The notes below the pieces were generated by a model. It did no database searches. It was not told the DNA's origin and worked only from the letters and a program-made list of their open reading frames with translations. This document shows positions 15,165 to 23,473 of a stretch of 31,064 nt of DNA, piece by piece (position 1 is the first letter of the stretch; the number at the start of each line of letters is the position of its first letter). The stretch is from a virus (lineage: Duplodnaviria; Heunggongvirae; Uroviricota; Caudoviricetes). Both the position numbers and the translations under genes were made by a program. The DNA lies in IMG/VR virus record IMGVR_UViG_2737471828_000009, positions 1-31,064 of that record; one strand, 5' to 3'.

Positions 15165-16226
15165 ATGAAAAATACTGTAAAAATAAACAGTGTTGATTTA
15201 ATCAACGCTGATTGCCTGCATTTTATTCAGTCCCTGCCTGATGATTCCATTGACCTGATTGTTACCGATCCGCCGTACTTCAAGGTGAAACCCAACGGCT
15301 GGGACAATCAGTGGAAAGGGGACGAAGATTACCTTAAGTGGCTGGACCACTGTCTGGCCCAGTTCTGGCGGGTGTTAAAGCCTGCCGGAAGCCTTTACCT
15401 GTTCTGTGGGCATCGCCTGGCATCTGATATTGAGATCATGATGCGTGAACGTTTCAACGTGCTTAACCATATCATCTGGGCGAAGCCGTCCGGACGTTGG
15501 AATGGGTGTAATAAAGAAAGTCTGCGCGCATATTTTCCTGCCACAGAGCGCGTTCTGTTTGCTGAACATTACCAGGGGCCATATCGCGGCAAAAGTGACG
15601 GCTATGCGGCAAAAGAAAGGGAACTCAAACAGCATATAATGGCACCGCTGATATCGTATTTCAGGGATGCTCGTGCCGAACTGGGTATAACGGCAAAACA
15701 AATTGCCGAAGTCACAGGTAAGAAAAATATGGTTTCCCACTGGTTTGGTGCCAGTCAGTGGCAGTTGCCGAATGAGGCTGACTATCGGAAGTTACAGGCA
15801 CTTTTTTCCCGTATAGCGGCAGAGAAGTTTCAGGAACAACAGCTGGAACAACCACACCACCAACTGGTGGCATCTTATGATTCACTGAATCGCAAATATT
15901 CTGAATTGCTGGATGAGTTTAAATCTCTCCGTCGCTATTTCTCCGTATCAGTCTCCGTGCCTTATACCGATGTCTGGATGCATAAACCCGTTCAGTTCTA
16001 CCCGGGCAAACATCCGTGTGAGAAACCGGCGGATATGCTCAGGCAAATAATCAATGCCAGTAGTCGACCTGGCGATCTGGTTGCTGATTTCTTTATGGGA
16101 TCCGGTTCCACAATAAAAGCAGCAATGGCGCTGGGGCGTCGGGCATTAGGTGTTGAGCTTGAGACAGAACGGTTCAATAAGACCATTCAGGAAATCAGTA
16201 TGTTATCAGCAAATACAATTTTGTGA
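15165..16226 (+). CDS. Orphan DNA methyltransferase (beta-class N6-adenine/N4-cytosine type)
   Basis: N-terminal catalytic motif IV DPPY (LIVTDPPYF) and C-terminal AdoMet motif I (FFMGSGST); no restriction endonuclease gene nearby. Confidence 0.8.
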   Translation: MKNTVKINSVDLINADCLHFIQSLPDDSIDLIVTDPPYFKVKPNGWDNQWKGDEDYLKWLDHCLAQFWRVLKPAGSLYLFCGHRLASDIEIMMRERFNVLNHIIWAKPSGRWNGCNKESLRAYFPATERVLFAEHYQGPYRGKSDGYAAKERELKQHIMAPLISYFRDARAELGITAKQIAEVTGKKNMVSHWFGASQWQLPNEADYRKLQALFSRIAAEKFQEQQLEQPHHQLVASYDSLNRKYSELLDEFKSLRRYFSVSVSVPYTDVWMHKPVQFYPGKHPCEKPADMLRQIINASSRPGDLVADFFMGSGSTIKAAMALGRRALGVELETERFNKTIQEISMLSANTIL

Positions 16227-16473
16227 ATTAACTCAATTATTAGTGGGACATCTGTTACGTATAATCCGTAACAACACGGTGCATCCTGCAATGTTGCAGG
16301 GCTGATGTGGTGGTTTGTGCATAAGTTGCAAAGGATTTGCTTCGTTAATTCATCGTTGACGCAAGCGAGCCACGGTTGACCACGCCAAAGGCTCATCGGT
16401 AGAAATCCGACACCGTGTCGCCATAATCACTCACTTGTTGTTTTACCCATGTTTTTTGGATTACCTGTTATTG

Positions 16474-16508
16474 CTGTCAGACGATTGCCATCGTCTGGCA
16501 GTTTTTTT
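16474..16508 (+). terminator. Strong intrinsic terminator just upstream of the holin gene (candidate tR')
   Basis: 11-bp stem CTGTCAGACGA / TCGTCTGGCAG (one G-U pair), 6-nt loop, followed by T7 (16502..16508). Confidence 0.65.
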
Positions 16509-16565
16509 GCGTCATCCCCCCAATTTTCTGAATATAACGCCACCGGATGATTCGGAGGTGAGGTT

Positions 16566-16781
16566 GTGAGTCCAATGGACAAAATTTCAACGGGTATTGC
16601 CTATGGTACTTCTGCAGGCAGTGCCGGCTACTGGTTTTTACAGTGGCTTGATCAGGTCAGCCCGTCACAGTGGGCGGCAATTGGTGTACTGGGAAGTCTG
16701 GCACTGGGCTTTCTGACTTATCTGACGAATCTGTATTTCAAAATCAGAGAAGACAGAAGAAAGGCTGCGAGAGGAGAGTAA
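16566..16781 (+). CDS. S: Class II pinholin, phage 21 S-type
   Basis: 71 aa, [31 protein letters not shown]...[13 protein letters not shown] closely matches phage 21 S as recalled; two in-frame starts (GTG 16566 and ATG 16575) preceded by GGAGG. Confidence 0.85.
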   Translation: MSPMDKISTGIAYGTSAGSAGYWFLQWLDQVSPSQWAAIGVLGSLALGFLTYLTNLYFKIREDRRKAARGE

Positions 16782-16785
16782 TATA

Positions 16786-17130
16786 ATGGCCCAAAACTAT
16801 GAAATGATTGTGAAAGGGATCCGCAATTTTGAGAATAAAGTTACGGTAACTTTAGCATTACAGGACAAAGAACGCTTTGACGGTGAAATTTTTGACCTGG
16901 ACATCTCGCTGGACCGTGTTGAAGGTGCCGCGCTGGAGTTTTATGAGGCAGCAGCCAGAAGGAGCATCAGACAGGTCTTCCTGGATGTTGCTGCCGGGTT
17001 ATGTGGAGGGGATGAGCAGTCGCCGGAAAAGCGCCCCATAATTTTAGAGGCGCAGAGTGTGTGGATAACCTACAAAGGAAAACTGCCGGGAAGAATTACT
17101 GGTTCACTGAAGACTCCGCCGAAATGGTAA
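16786..17130 (+). CDS. Hypothetical protein between holin and endolysin (possibly YdfR/DUF1327-like)
   Basis: 114-aa ORF in the same position as ydfR between holin and lysozyme genes of the K-12 Qin prophage; family assignment from memory only. Confidence 0.45.
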   Translation: MAQNYEMIVKGIRNFENKVTVTLALQDKERFDGEIFDLDISLDRVEGAALEFYEAAARRSIRQVFLDVAAGLCGGDEQSPEKRPIILEAQSVWITYKGKLPGRITGSLKTPPKW

Positions 17131-17473
17131 TTTCACCAGCATATTTTTCCTCCAGTAATACCGCCAGCCACTTGAAAGAATTTTGTTGTTGCTGGGACCA
17201 TTTGGGATTGATTGATTCAAGCTGGAGCTATGCCAGTGTTGGTTGCATTTGTTCCTTGGGAATTGAGAATGCCAGATATGAAAATGCGACAGCAAGGGCA
17301 TTTACATCATCCCGAAGCCTGGAAATGCAGTCGAGCAACTCCTGTAGAGAAATGGTGCTATTGTCCATAAACAATCCTCTCTATTGTATTTAACTATTCC
17401 TTGCCTGATTCAACAGGCCGGGACAGATAAACATATCCAGGGTTCAGAAACCGATAAATCCTAATAAATATCC

Positions 17474-18007
17474 ATGAACGCAAAAATCAGATACGGCCTG
17501 TCGGCTACTGTACTAGTGCTGATTGGTGCAGGCGCGTCTGCTCCTCAAATACTTGACCAGTTTCTGGACGAAAAAGAAGGTAACCACACAACGGCATACC
17601 GTGATGGTTCCGGCATCTGGACCATCTGTCGGGGTGCCACGATGGTGGATGGAAAACCCGTTTTTCCCGGTATGAAACTGTCGAAGGAAAAATGCGACCA
17701 GGTTAACGCCATTGAACGTGATAAGGCGCTGGCATGGGTGGAACGTAATATTAAAGTACCACTGACCGAACCCCAGAAAGCGGGTATCGCGTCATTTTGC
17801 CCCTATAACATTGGCCCCGGTAAGTGTTTCCCGTCGACGTTTTATAAGCGGCTTAATGCAGGTGATCGTAAAGGTGCCTGCGAGGCGATTCGCTGGTGGA
17901 TTAAGGACAGGGGGCACGATTGCCGCATTCGTTCAAATAACTGTTATGGTCAGGTTATTCGTCGTGACCAGGAAAGCGCATTAGCCTGTTGGGGGATAGA
18001 GCAGTGA
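17474..18007 (+). CDS. R: SAR endolysin (T4-lysozyme-type muramidase, phage 21 R-like)
   Basis: N-terminal weakly hydrophobic Gly/Ala-rich signal-anchor-release segment ([15 protein letters not shown]) followed by the catalytic E-x8-D-x5-T triad ([16 protein letters not shown]). Confidence 0.9.
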   Translation: MNAKIRYGLSATVLVLIGAGASAPQILDQFLDEKEGNHTTAYRDGSGIWTICRGATMVDGKPVFPGMKLSKEKCDQVNAIERDKALAWVERNIKVPLTEPQKAGIASFCPYNIGPGKCFPSTFYKRLNAGDRKGACEAIRWWIKDRGHDCRIRSNNCYGQVIRRDQESALACWGIEQ

Positions 18008-18468
18008 GAAGAGTAATCGCGATTATTTATGCTCTGGTTATCTGCATCATCGTCTGCCTGTCATGGGCTGTTAATCATTACCGTGATAATGCCATTACCT
18101 ATAAAGCCCAGCGCGATAAAAATGCCAGAGAACTGAAGCTGGCAAACTCGACAATTACTGATATGCAGGTGCGCCAGCGTGATGTTGCTGTGCTCGATGC
18201 AAAATACACGAAGGAGTTAGCTGATGCGAAAGCTGAAAATGATGCTCTGCGTGATGATGTTGCCGCTGGTCGTCGTCGGTTGCGCATCAAAGCAGTCTGT
18301 CAGTCAGTGCGTGAAGCCACCACCGCCTCCGGCATGGATAATGCAGTCTCCCCCAGACTGGCAGACGTCGCTGAACGGGATTATTTTACCCTCAGAGAAC
18401 GAGTGATGGTGATGCAGAAACAACTGGAAGGAGCGCAAGAATATATCCGTACTCAATGTCTGAAATAA
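18004..18468 (+). CDS. Rz: Rz i-spanin
   Basis: Near-identical to lambda Rz as recalled ([40 protein letters not shown]...); start refined to the GTG at 18004 (preceded by GGGGGA), overlapping the endolysin stop. Confidence 0.85.
   Translation: MRRVIAIIYALVICIIVCLSWAVNHYRDNAITYKAQRDKNARELKLANSTITDMQVRQRDVAVLDAKYTKELADAKAENDALRDDVAAGRRRLRIKAVCQSVREATTASGMDNAVSPRLADVAERDYFTLRERVMVMQKQLEGAQEYIRTQCLK
18224..18406 (+). CDS. Rz1: Rz1 o-spanin lipoprotein, embedded in the +1 frame of Rz
   Basis: 60 aa, [24 protein letters not shown]... with lipobox VVGC and a proline-rich region; entirely inside Rz. Confidence 0.85.
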   Translation: MRKLKMMLCVMMLPLVVVGCASKQSVSQCVKPPPPPAWIMQSPPDWQTSLNGIILPSENE

Positions 18469-18617
18469 GTTCCCGGATACGCTGTATCGACGCTGTGTTT
18501 CCGTATTAACAGAAATAGTTGACTGATGTAGTTGACTTCATGTTCGTTGGTACGGAAATAATCGAAACGATGCACATCGGATTTTACAGTGTACAAGGTG
18601 TGAGGATTTATTTCCCG

Positions 18618-18857
18618 TCATTGTCCATTAGTACGATGGTAAAAGTAACCTGACCGGGTATTTAGTTCTTCAGTATTCCGTTGTGCTGTCTTTATTCTCT
18701 TCTCTGTTGACAGTCTTCGGCGACAGGCTTCAATGACCCATGCAGAAAAATTTCCTGATCCTTTTTCTTCAAGAGCAATATGTATCTGCTCGATCATTCG
18801 GTTTGGAAAGCGGATGTTACGGGTAGTTGTTCTGCTGGTTTTATTTTTTGATGACAT
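18618..18857 (-). CDS. Ribbon-helix-helix-like DNA-binding protein (YlcI/YnfO-like)
   Basis: 79 aa with RNIRFPNRMIEQIHIALEEKGSGNFSAWVIEACRRRL, an RHH-type motif; counter-oriented between the lysis cassette and cos. Confidence 0.5.
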   Translation of the reverse strand: MSSKNKTSRTTTRNIRFPNRMIEQIHIALEEKGSGNFSAWVIEACRRRLSTEKRIKTAQRNTEELNTRSGYFYHRTNGQ

Positions 18858-19064
18858 GATGTTGTCCCGTGTTCAGTGTTGCTGATTTGTATTGTCTGAA
18901 GTTGTTTTTACGTTAAGTTGATGCGGATCAATTAATGCGACACCTGCGCCAAAATTGATTATTTGCCGTGGTTTCATGGTGTACATAGAAGTTGTGATGG
19001 TCTTTATGAACATGATAATTATTATCATTTGAATGGGTCCTTTCCGGTGATCTGGCAGGCTACG

Positions 19065-19076
19065 GGGCGGCGACCT
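19065..19076. other. cosN cohesive-end site (lambda-type)
   Basis: Exact GGGCGGCGACCT, the 12-nt lambda cohesive-end sequence, followed by lambda-like cosB-type sequence (TTTTCACTATTTATGAAAATTTTTCGGG), about 170 bp upstream of Nu1. Confidence 0.75.
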
Positions 19077-19245
19077 CGCGCGTTTTCACTATTTATGAAA
19101 ATTTTTCGGGAAAAAGTAGATCCGTTCTTCTTCTTTTTAACTGATTGATTATCAATAGAATATTAAAAATATAAAAGGATCTGACAAAGGCTGTTTTTGT
19201 CCGAAAACGCCATTTTCAGATCCTTTCTGGTTTCCGGATGAGTGT

Positions 19246-19794
19246 ATGAACGTCAATAAGAAAAAACTGGCCGATATTTTTGGCGTTGATGTCAGGACCA
19301 TCACCGCCTGGCAGAGTCAGGGGTTACCACTAGTTTCTGGTGGAGGGAAAGGGACTGAATCAGTTTTTGATACAACTGCTGCCATTCAGTGGTATGCGCA
19401 GCGCGAAGCTGATATTGAAAACGAAAAACTCCGTAAAGAGGTCGAGGATTTGAGGGCTGCCAGCGAATCAGACCTTCAGCCCGGCACCATTGATTACGAA
19501 CGTTACCGACTGACGAAGGCACAGGCAGATGCACAGGAACTGAAAAATGCCCGCGACAGTGGGCAGGTCATTGATACAGGGTTTTGCCTTTTTGCTCTGG
19601 GAAGACTGGCACAGGAGATCTCTGCCATTCTTGACTCCATTCCATTGTCCATGCAGAGACAGTTTTCGGCACTGACGCCCGCTATGCTTGATTTCCTGAA
19701 AACCGATATAGCAAAGGCGGCAAACCGATGCGCATCAACGGCAGAGAAGTTACCGGAGATGCTGGATGAATACCTCAGAGAAGCAGCTAAATAA
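19246..19794 (+). CDS. Nu1: Terminase small subunit Nu1
   Basis: High similarity to lambda Nu1 as recalled ([34 protein letters not shown] ... [18 protein letters not shown]). Confidence 0.9.
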   Translation: MNVNKKKLADIFGVDVRTITAWQSQGLPLVSGGGKGTESVFDTTAAIQWYAQREADIENEKLRKEVEDLRAASESDLQPGTIDYERYRLTKAQADAQELKNARDSGQVIDTGFCLFALGRLAQEISAILDSIPLSMQRQFSALTPAMLDFLKTDIAKAANRCASTAEKLPEMLDEYLREAAK

Positions 19795-21694
19795 CTTTGC
19801 TGTTGTTTGTGGAGTGGCACTTCGTGGGCTTTTACGCCCACTGCCTGTAACCACCGTTGAATGGGCCGATCAAAATTATTATTTGCCCCCGGAGTCCTCT
19901 TATCTTGCTGGGCGGTGGAAGACGTTGCCATTTCAGGTGGCAATAATGAACTGCATGGGTAATGACCGGATCCGCACGATTAATCTTATAAAATCAGCTC
20001 GAGTCGGTTACACCAAAATGCTGATGGGCGTTATTGGTTACTTTATTGAGCATAAAAACCGTAACAGTCTTCTGTTTCAGCCTACGGATTCTGCCGCTGA
20101 AGATTTTATGAAGTCTCATGTGGAGTCAACATTACGGGATGTTCCCTGTCTGAAAATTCTTTCCCCCTGGCTGGGACGTAAGCACCGGGATAACACGCTG
20201 ACATTAAAAAGATTCACTTCCCGTGTGGGTTTTTGGTGCCTGGGTGGTGCTGCCGCCAAAAACTACCGTGAAAAATCCGTGGATGTGGTCTGCTATGACG
20301 AACTTTCCTCGTTCGAGCCGGATGTTGAAAAAGAGGGCTCGCCAACCCTGCTGGGGGATAAGCGTATTGAGGGCTCTGTATGGCCAAAATCCATTCGCGG
20401 CTCGACGCCTAAAATAAAAGGCTCCTGCCAGATCGAAAAAGCGGCCAACGAGTCGGCGCATTTCATGCGTTTTTATGTGCCCTGCCCGCACTGTGGGGAG
20501 GAGCAGTATCTGAAATTTGGCGATGAGTCCACGCCTTTTGGGCTTAAATGGGAGAAGGACAGTCCCGAAAGTGTTTTCTACCTCTGTGAACATCATGGCT
20601 GCGTGATCCATCAGTCTGAACTGGACCAGAGCAACGGGCGGTGGATTTGTGAAAACACGGGCATGTGGACCCGTGACGGTCTGATGTTTTTCAGCGCTGC
20701 GGGTAATGAAATTCCGCCGCCGCGCTCCATCACGTTCCATATCTGGACGGCGTACAGTCCGTTCACCACCTGGGTACAGATTGTCTATGACTGGCTGGAT
20801 GCACTGAAAGATCCCAACGGCCTGAAAACCTTTGTGAACACCACGCTGGGCGAGACCTGGGAAGAGGCCGTGGGCGAAAAACTCGATCACCAGGTACTGA
20901 TGGATAAGGTTGTGCGTTACACGGCGGCAGTGCCTGCCCGGGTGGTTTATCTGACGGCGGGCATTGACTCGCAGCGAAACCGTTTTGAGATGTATGTCTG
21001 GGGATGGGCTCCGGGAGAGGAAGCCTTTCTGGTGGATAAAATCATCATTATGGGGCGTCCCGATGAGGAAGAGACGCTGTTACGTGTGGATGCGGCGATC
21101 AACAAAAAATACCGCCATGCAGACGGAACCGAAATGACCATTTCCCGTGTCTGCTGGGACATCGGGGGGATCGATGGCGAAATCGTTTATCAGAGGTCAA
21201 AAAAACACGGTGTTTTCCGGGTGCTGCCGGTAAAAGGCGCATCTGTCTATGGCAAGCCGGTGATCACCATGCCAAAAACCCGCAATCAGCGGGGCGTGTA
21301 TCTGTGTGAAGTGGGGACGGACACCGCAAAAGAAATTCTCTATGCCCGTATGAAAGCCGATCCCACGCCTGCGGATGAAGCCACGTCGTATGCCATCCGT
21401 TTTCCTGATGATCCGGAGATTTTTTCGCAGACAGAGGCGCAGCAACTGGTTGCGGAAGAGCTTGTGGAGAAGTGGGAAAAAGGAAAGATGCGTCTGCTGT
21501 GGGATAACAAAAAGCGGCGTAACGAAGCGCTGGACTGCCTGGTGTATGCCTACGCGGCATTACGTGTGTCCGTGCAGCGCTGGCAGCTTGATCTGGCTGT
21601 ACTGGCAAAATCCCGGGAAGAAGAGACGACCCGGCCAACCCTTAAAGAACTGGCAGCGAAGCTGTCCGGAGGAGTGAATGGTTACAGTCGCTGA
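19766..21694 (+). CDS. A: Terminase large subunit A
   Basis: 642 aa; long collinear similarity to lambda gpA as recalled ([33 protein letters not shown] ... [11 protein letters not shown] ... [10 protein letters not shown]); overlaps Nu1 as in lambda. Confidence 0.95.
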   Translation: MNTSEKQLNNFAVVCGVALRGLLRPLPVTTVEWADQNYYLPPESSYLAGRWKTLPFQVAIMNCMGNDRIRTINLIKSARVGYTKMLMGVIGYFIEHKNRNSLLFQPTDSAAEDFMKSHVESTLRDVPCLKILSPWLGRKHRDNTLTLKRFTSRVGFWCLGGAAAKNYREKSVDVVCYDELSSFEPDVEKEGSPTLLGDKRIEGSVWPKSIRGSTPKIKGSCQIEKAANESAHFMRFYVPCPHCGEEQYLKFGDESTPFGLKWEKDSPESVFYLCEHHGCVIHQSELDQSNGRWICENTGMWTRDGLMFFSAAGNEIPPPRSITFHIWTAYSPFTTWVQIVYDWLDALKDPNGLKTFVNTTLGETWEEAVGEKLDHQVLMDKVVRYTAAVPARVVYLTAGIDSQRNRFEMYVWGWAPGEEAFLVDKIIIMGRPDEEETLLRVDAAINKKYRHADGTEMTISRVCWDIGGIDGEIVYQRSKKHGVFRVLPVKGASVYGKPVITMPKTRNQRGVYLCEVGTDTAKEILYARMKADPTPADEATSYAIRFPDDPEIFSQTEAQQLVAEELVEKWEKGKMRLLWDNKKRRNEALDCLVYAYAALRVSVQRWQLDLAVLAKSREEETTRPTLKELAAKLSGGVNGYSR

Positions 21695-21884
21695 ACTGCA
21701 GGCGCTGCGTCAGGCGCGCCTTGATTTATTAACCGGTAAACGGGTGGTGTCTGTCCAGAAAGATGGTCGCAGAATTGAATATACGGCGGCTTCTCTGGAT
21801 GAGCTTAACCGGGCGATCAATGATGCGGAGTCGGTACTGGGGACAACCCGACGTCGCCGTCGTCCGCTGGGAGTGAGGTTATGA
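21678..21884 (+). CDS. W: Head-tail joining protein W
   Basis: 68 aa, TGKRVVSVQKDGRRIEYTAASLDEL..., matches lambda gpW as recalled. Confidence 0.85.
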   Translation: MVTVAELQALRQARLDLLTGKRVVSVQKDGRRIEYTAASLDELNRAINDAESVLGTTRRRRRPLGVRL

Positions 21885-23473
21885 AACTAACGCCTGTCCT
21901 GATTGATGTGAACGGCGTTCCGCTTCGTGAGAGTCTCAGCTACAACGGGGGCGGCGCAGGATTTGGCGGGCAAATGGCGGAGTGGTTGCCACCGGCGCAG
22001 AGTGCCGATGCGGCCCTGCTGCCCGCGTTGCGTCTGGGGAATGCCCGGGCAGATGATCTGGTGCGCAATAACGGAATAGCGGCTAATGCGGTGGCCCTGC
22101 ATAAAGATCACATTGTCGGGCATATGTTTCTGATCAGCTACCGTCCGAACTGGCGCTGGCTGGGGATGCGGGAGACTGCAGCAAAAAGCTTTGTCGATGA
22201 GGTGGAGGCGGCCTGGTCGGAATACGCCGAAGGGATGTTTGGCGAGATCGACGTGGAAGGAAAACGCACCTTCACGGAATTTATCCGTGAAGGTGTGGGC
22301 GTTCATGCGTTTAACGGCGAAATATTTGTGCAGCCGGTCTGGGATACGGAAACCACGCAGTTATTCCGTACGCGTTTTAAAGCCGTGAGTCCGAAACGGG
22401 TGGACACGCCAGGACACGGTATGGGGAACCGTTTTCTGCGGGCCGGTGTGGAGGTCGATCGATATGGCCGTGCCGTTGCGTACCACATCTGTGAGGATGA
22501 TTTTCCGTTCTCTGGTAGTGGAGGATGGGAACGGATCCCGCGTGAACTTCCCACCGGGCGTCCGGCCATGCTGCATATTTTCGAGCCGGTGGAGGACGGG
22601 CAGACCCGTGGGGCTAATCAGTTTTACAGCGTCATGGAGCGGCTGAAGATGCTCGATTCCCTGCAGGTAACACAGCTTCAGTCGGCCATTGTGAAGGCCA
22701 TGTATGCAGCCACAATCGAAAGTGAACTTGATACCGAAAAGGCCTTTGAATATATCGCCGGTGCGCCGCAGGGGCAGAAGGATAATCCGCTTATTAATAT
22801 TCTGGAGAAGTTCTCCAACTGGTATGACACGAATCACGTGACGCTGGGCGGTGTCAAAATTCCGCACCTTTTCCCCGGGGATGATCTGAAACTGCAGACC
22901 GCGCAGGATTCAGACAATGGATTTTCTGCGCTTGAACAGGCGCTGCTGCGGTATATCGCCGCCGGTCTTGGCGTTTCCTACGAACAGTTGTCCCGTGACT
23001 ACTCGAAGGTCAGTTACTCAAGTGCCCGCGCCTCCGCCAATGAGTCGTGGCGCTATTTTATGGGGCGGCGAAAATTTATTGCGGCCCGGCTGGCTACGCA
23101 GATGTTTTCCTGCTGGCTGGAAGAGGCACTTCTTCGGGGGATTATTCGTCCGCCACGGGCACGTTTTGATTTTTATCAGGCGCGATCAGCCTGGTCACGG
23201 GCAGAGTGGATTGGTGCCGGAAGAATGGCCATTGACGGGCTCAAGGAAGTCCAGGAATCAGTGATGCGCATTGAGGCCGGACTGAGCACGTATGAGAAAG
23301 AGCTGGCGCTGATGGGCGAGGATTATCAGGACATTTTCCGCCAGCAGGTCAGGGAATCTGCAGAGCGGGAAAAAGCCGGACTCTCACGTCCGGTGTGGAT
23401 AGCGCAGGCGTATCAGCAGCAGATAGCGGAGAGTCGCAGGCCGGAAGAGGAGACAACACCACGTGAGACGTAA
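21881..23473 (+). CDS. B: Portal protein B
   Basis: 530 aa, collinear with lambda gpB as recalled (RGNARADDLVRNNGIAANA ... EPVEDGQTRGANQFYSVMERLKMLD ... GAGRMAIDGLKEVQE). Confidence 0.95.
   Translation: MKLTPVLIDVNGVPLRESLSYNGGGAGFGGQMAEWLPPAQSADAALLPALRLGNARADDLVRNNGIAANAVALHKDHIVGHMFLISYRPNWRWLGMRETAAKSFVDEVEAAWSEYAEGMFGEIDVEGKRTFTEFIREGVGVHAFNGEIFVQPVWDTETTQLFRTRFKAVSPKRVDTPGHGMGNRFLRAGVEVDRYGRAVAYHICEDDFPFSGSGGWERIPRELPTGRPAMLHIFEPVEDGQTRGANQFYSVMERLKMLDSLQVTQLQSAIVKAMYAATIESELDTEKAFEYIAGAPQGQKDNPLINILEKFSNWYDTNHVTLGGVKIPHLFPGDDLKLQTAQDSDNGFSALEQALLRYIAAGLGVSYEQLSRDYSKVSYSSARASANESWRYFMGRRKFIAARLATQMFSCWLEEALLRGIIRPPRARFDFYQARSAWSRAEWIGAGRMAIDGLKEVQESVMRIEAGLSTYEKELALMGEDYQDIFRQQVRESAEREKAGLSRPVWIAQAYQQQIAESRRPEEETTPRET

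Noticed and set aside
16230-16560. Search for tRNA genes in the Q-to-holin region
   Set aside because: Lambdoid phages often carry tRNAs here, but no cloverleaf-compatible sequence with a conserved T-loop motif was seen; only hairpins and the terminator.
17061-17393. ORFs in the holin-endolysin gap (17061..17393 plus, 17104..17301 minus)
   Set aside because: No ribosome-binding sites, overlap the end of the 114-aa gene, low-complexity translations; the region is treated as non-coding pending transcript data.
14415-18539. Identical 16-mer TGATGTAGTTGACTTC at 14415..14430 (inside the 310-aa gene) and 18524..18539 (next to a TAGTTGACT direct repeat after Rz)
   Set aside because: A single 16-mer match in 31 kb counted on both strands is close to chance expectation, and the two contexts (coding versus intergenic) differ; not called a functional repeat.
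18963-19148. 61-aa plus-strand ORF
   Set aside because: It spans the exact lambda cosN sequence and cosB-like region (19065..19130); non-coding packaging site, no ribosome-binding site, and odd composition (FFFF run).
20204-20890. 228-aa minus-strand ORF inside the terminase large subunit gene
   Set aside because: Entirely antisense to a confidently identified, lambda-like terminase A gene; Arg/Gly-rich composition typical of the antisense frame of GC-rich coding DNA.
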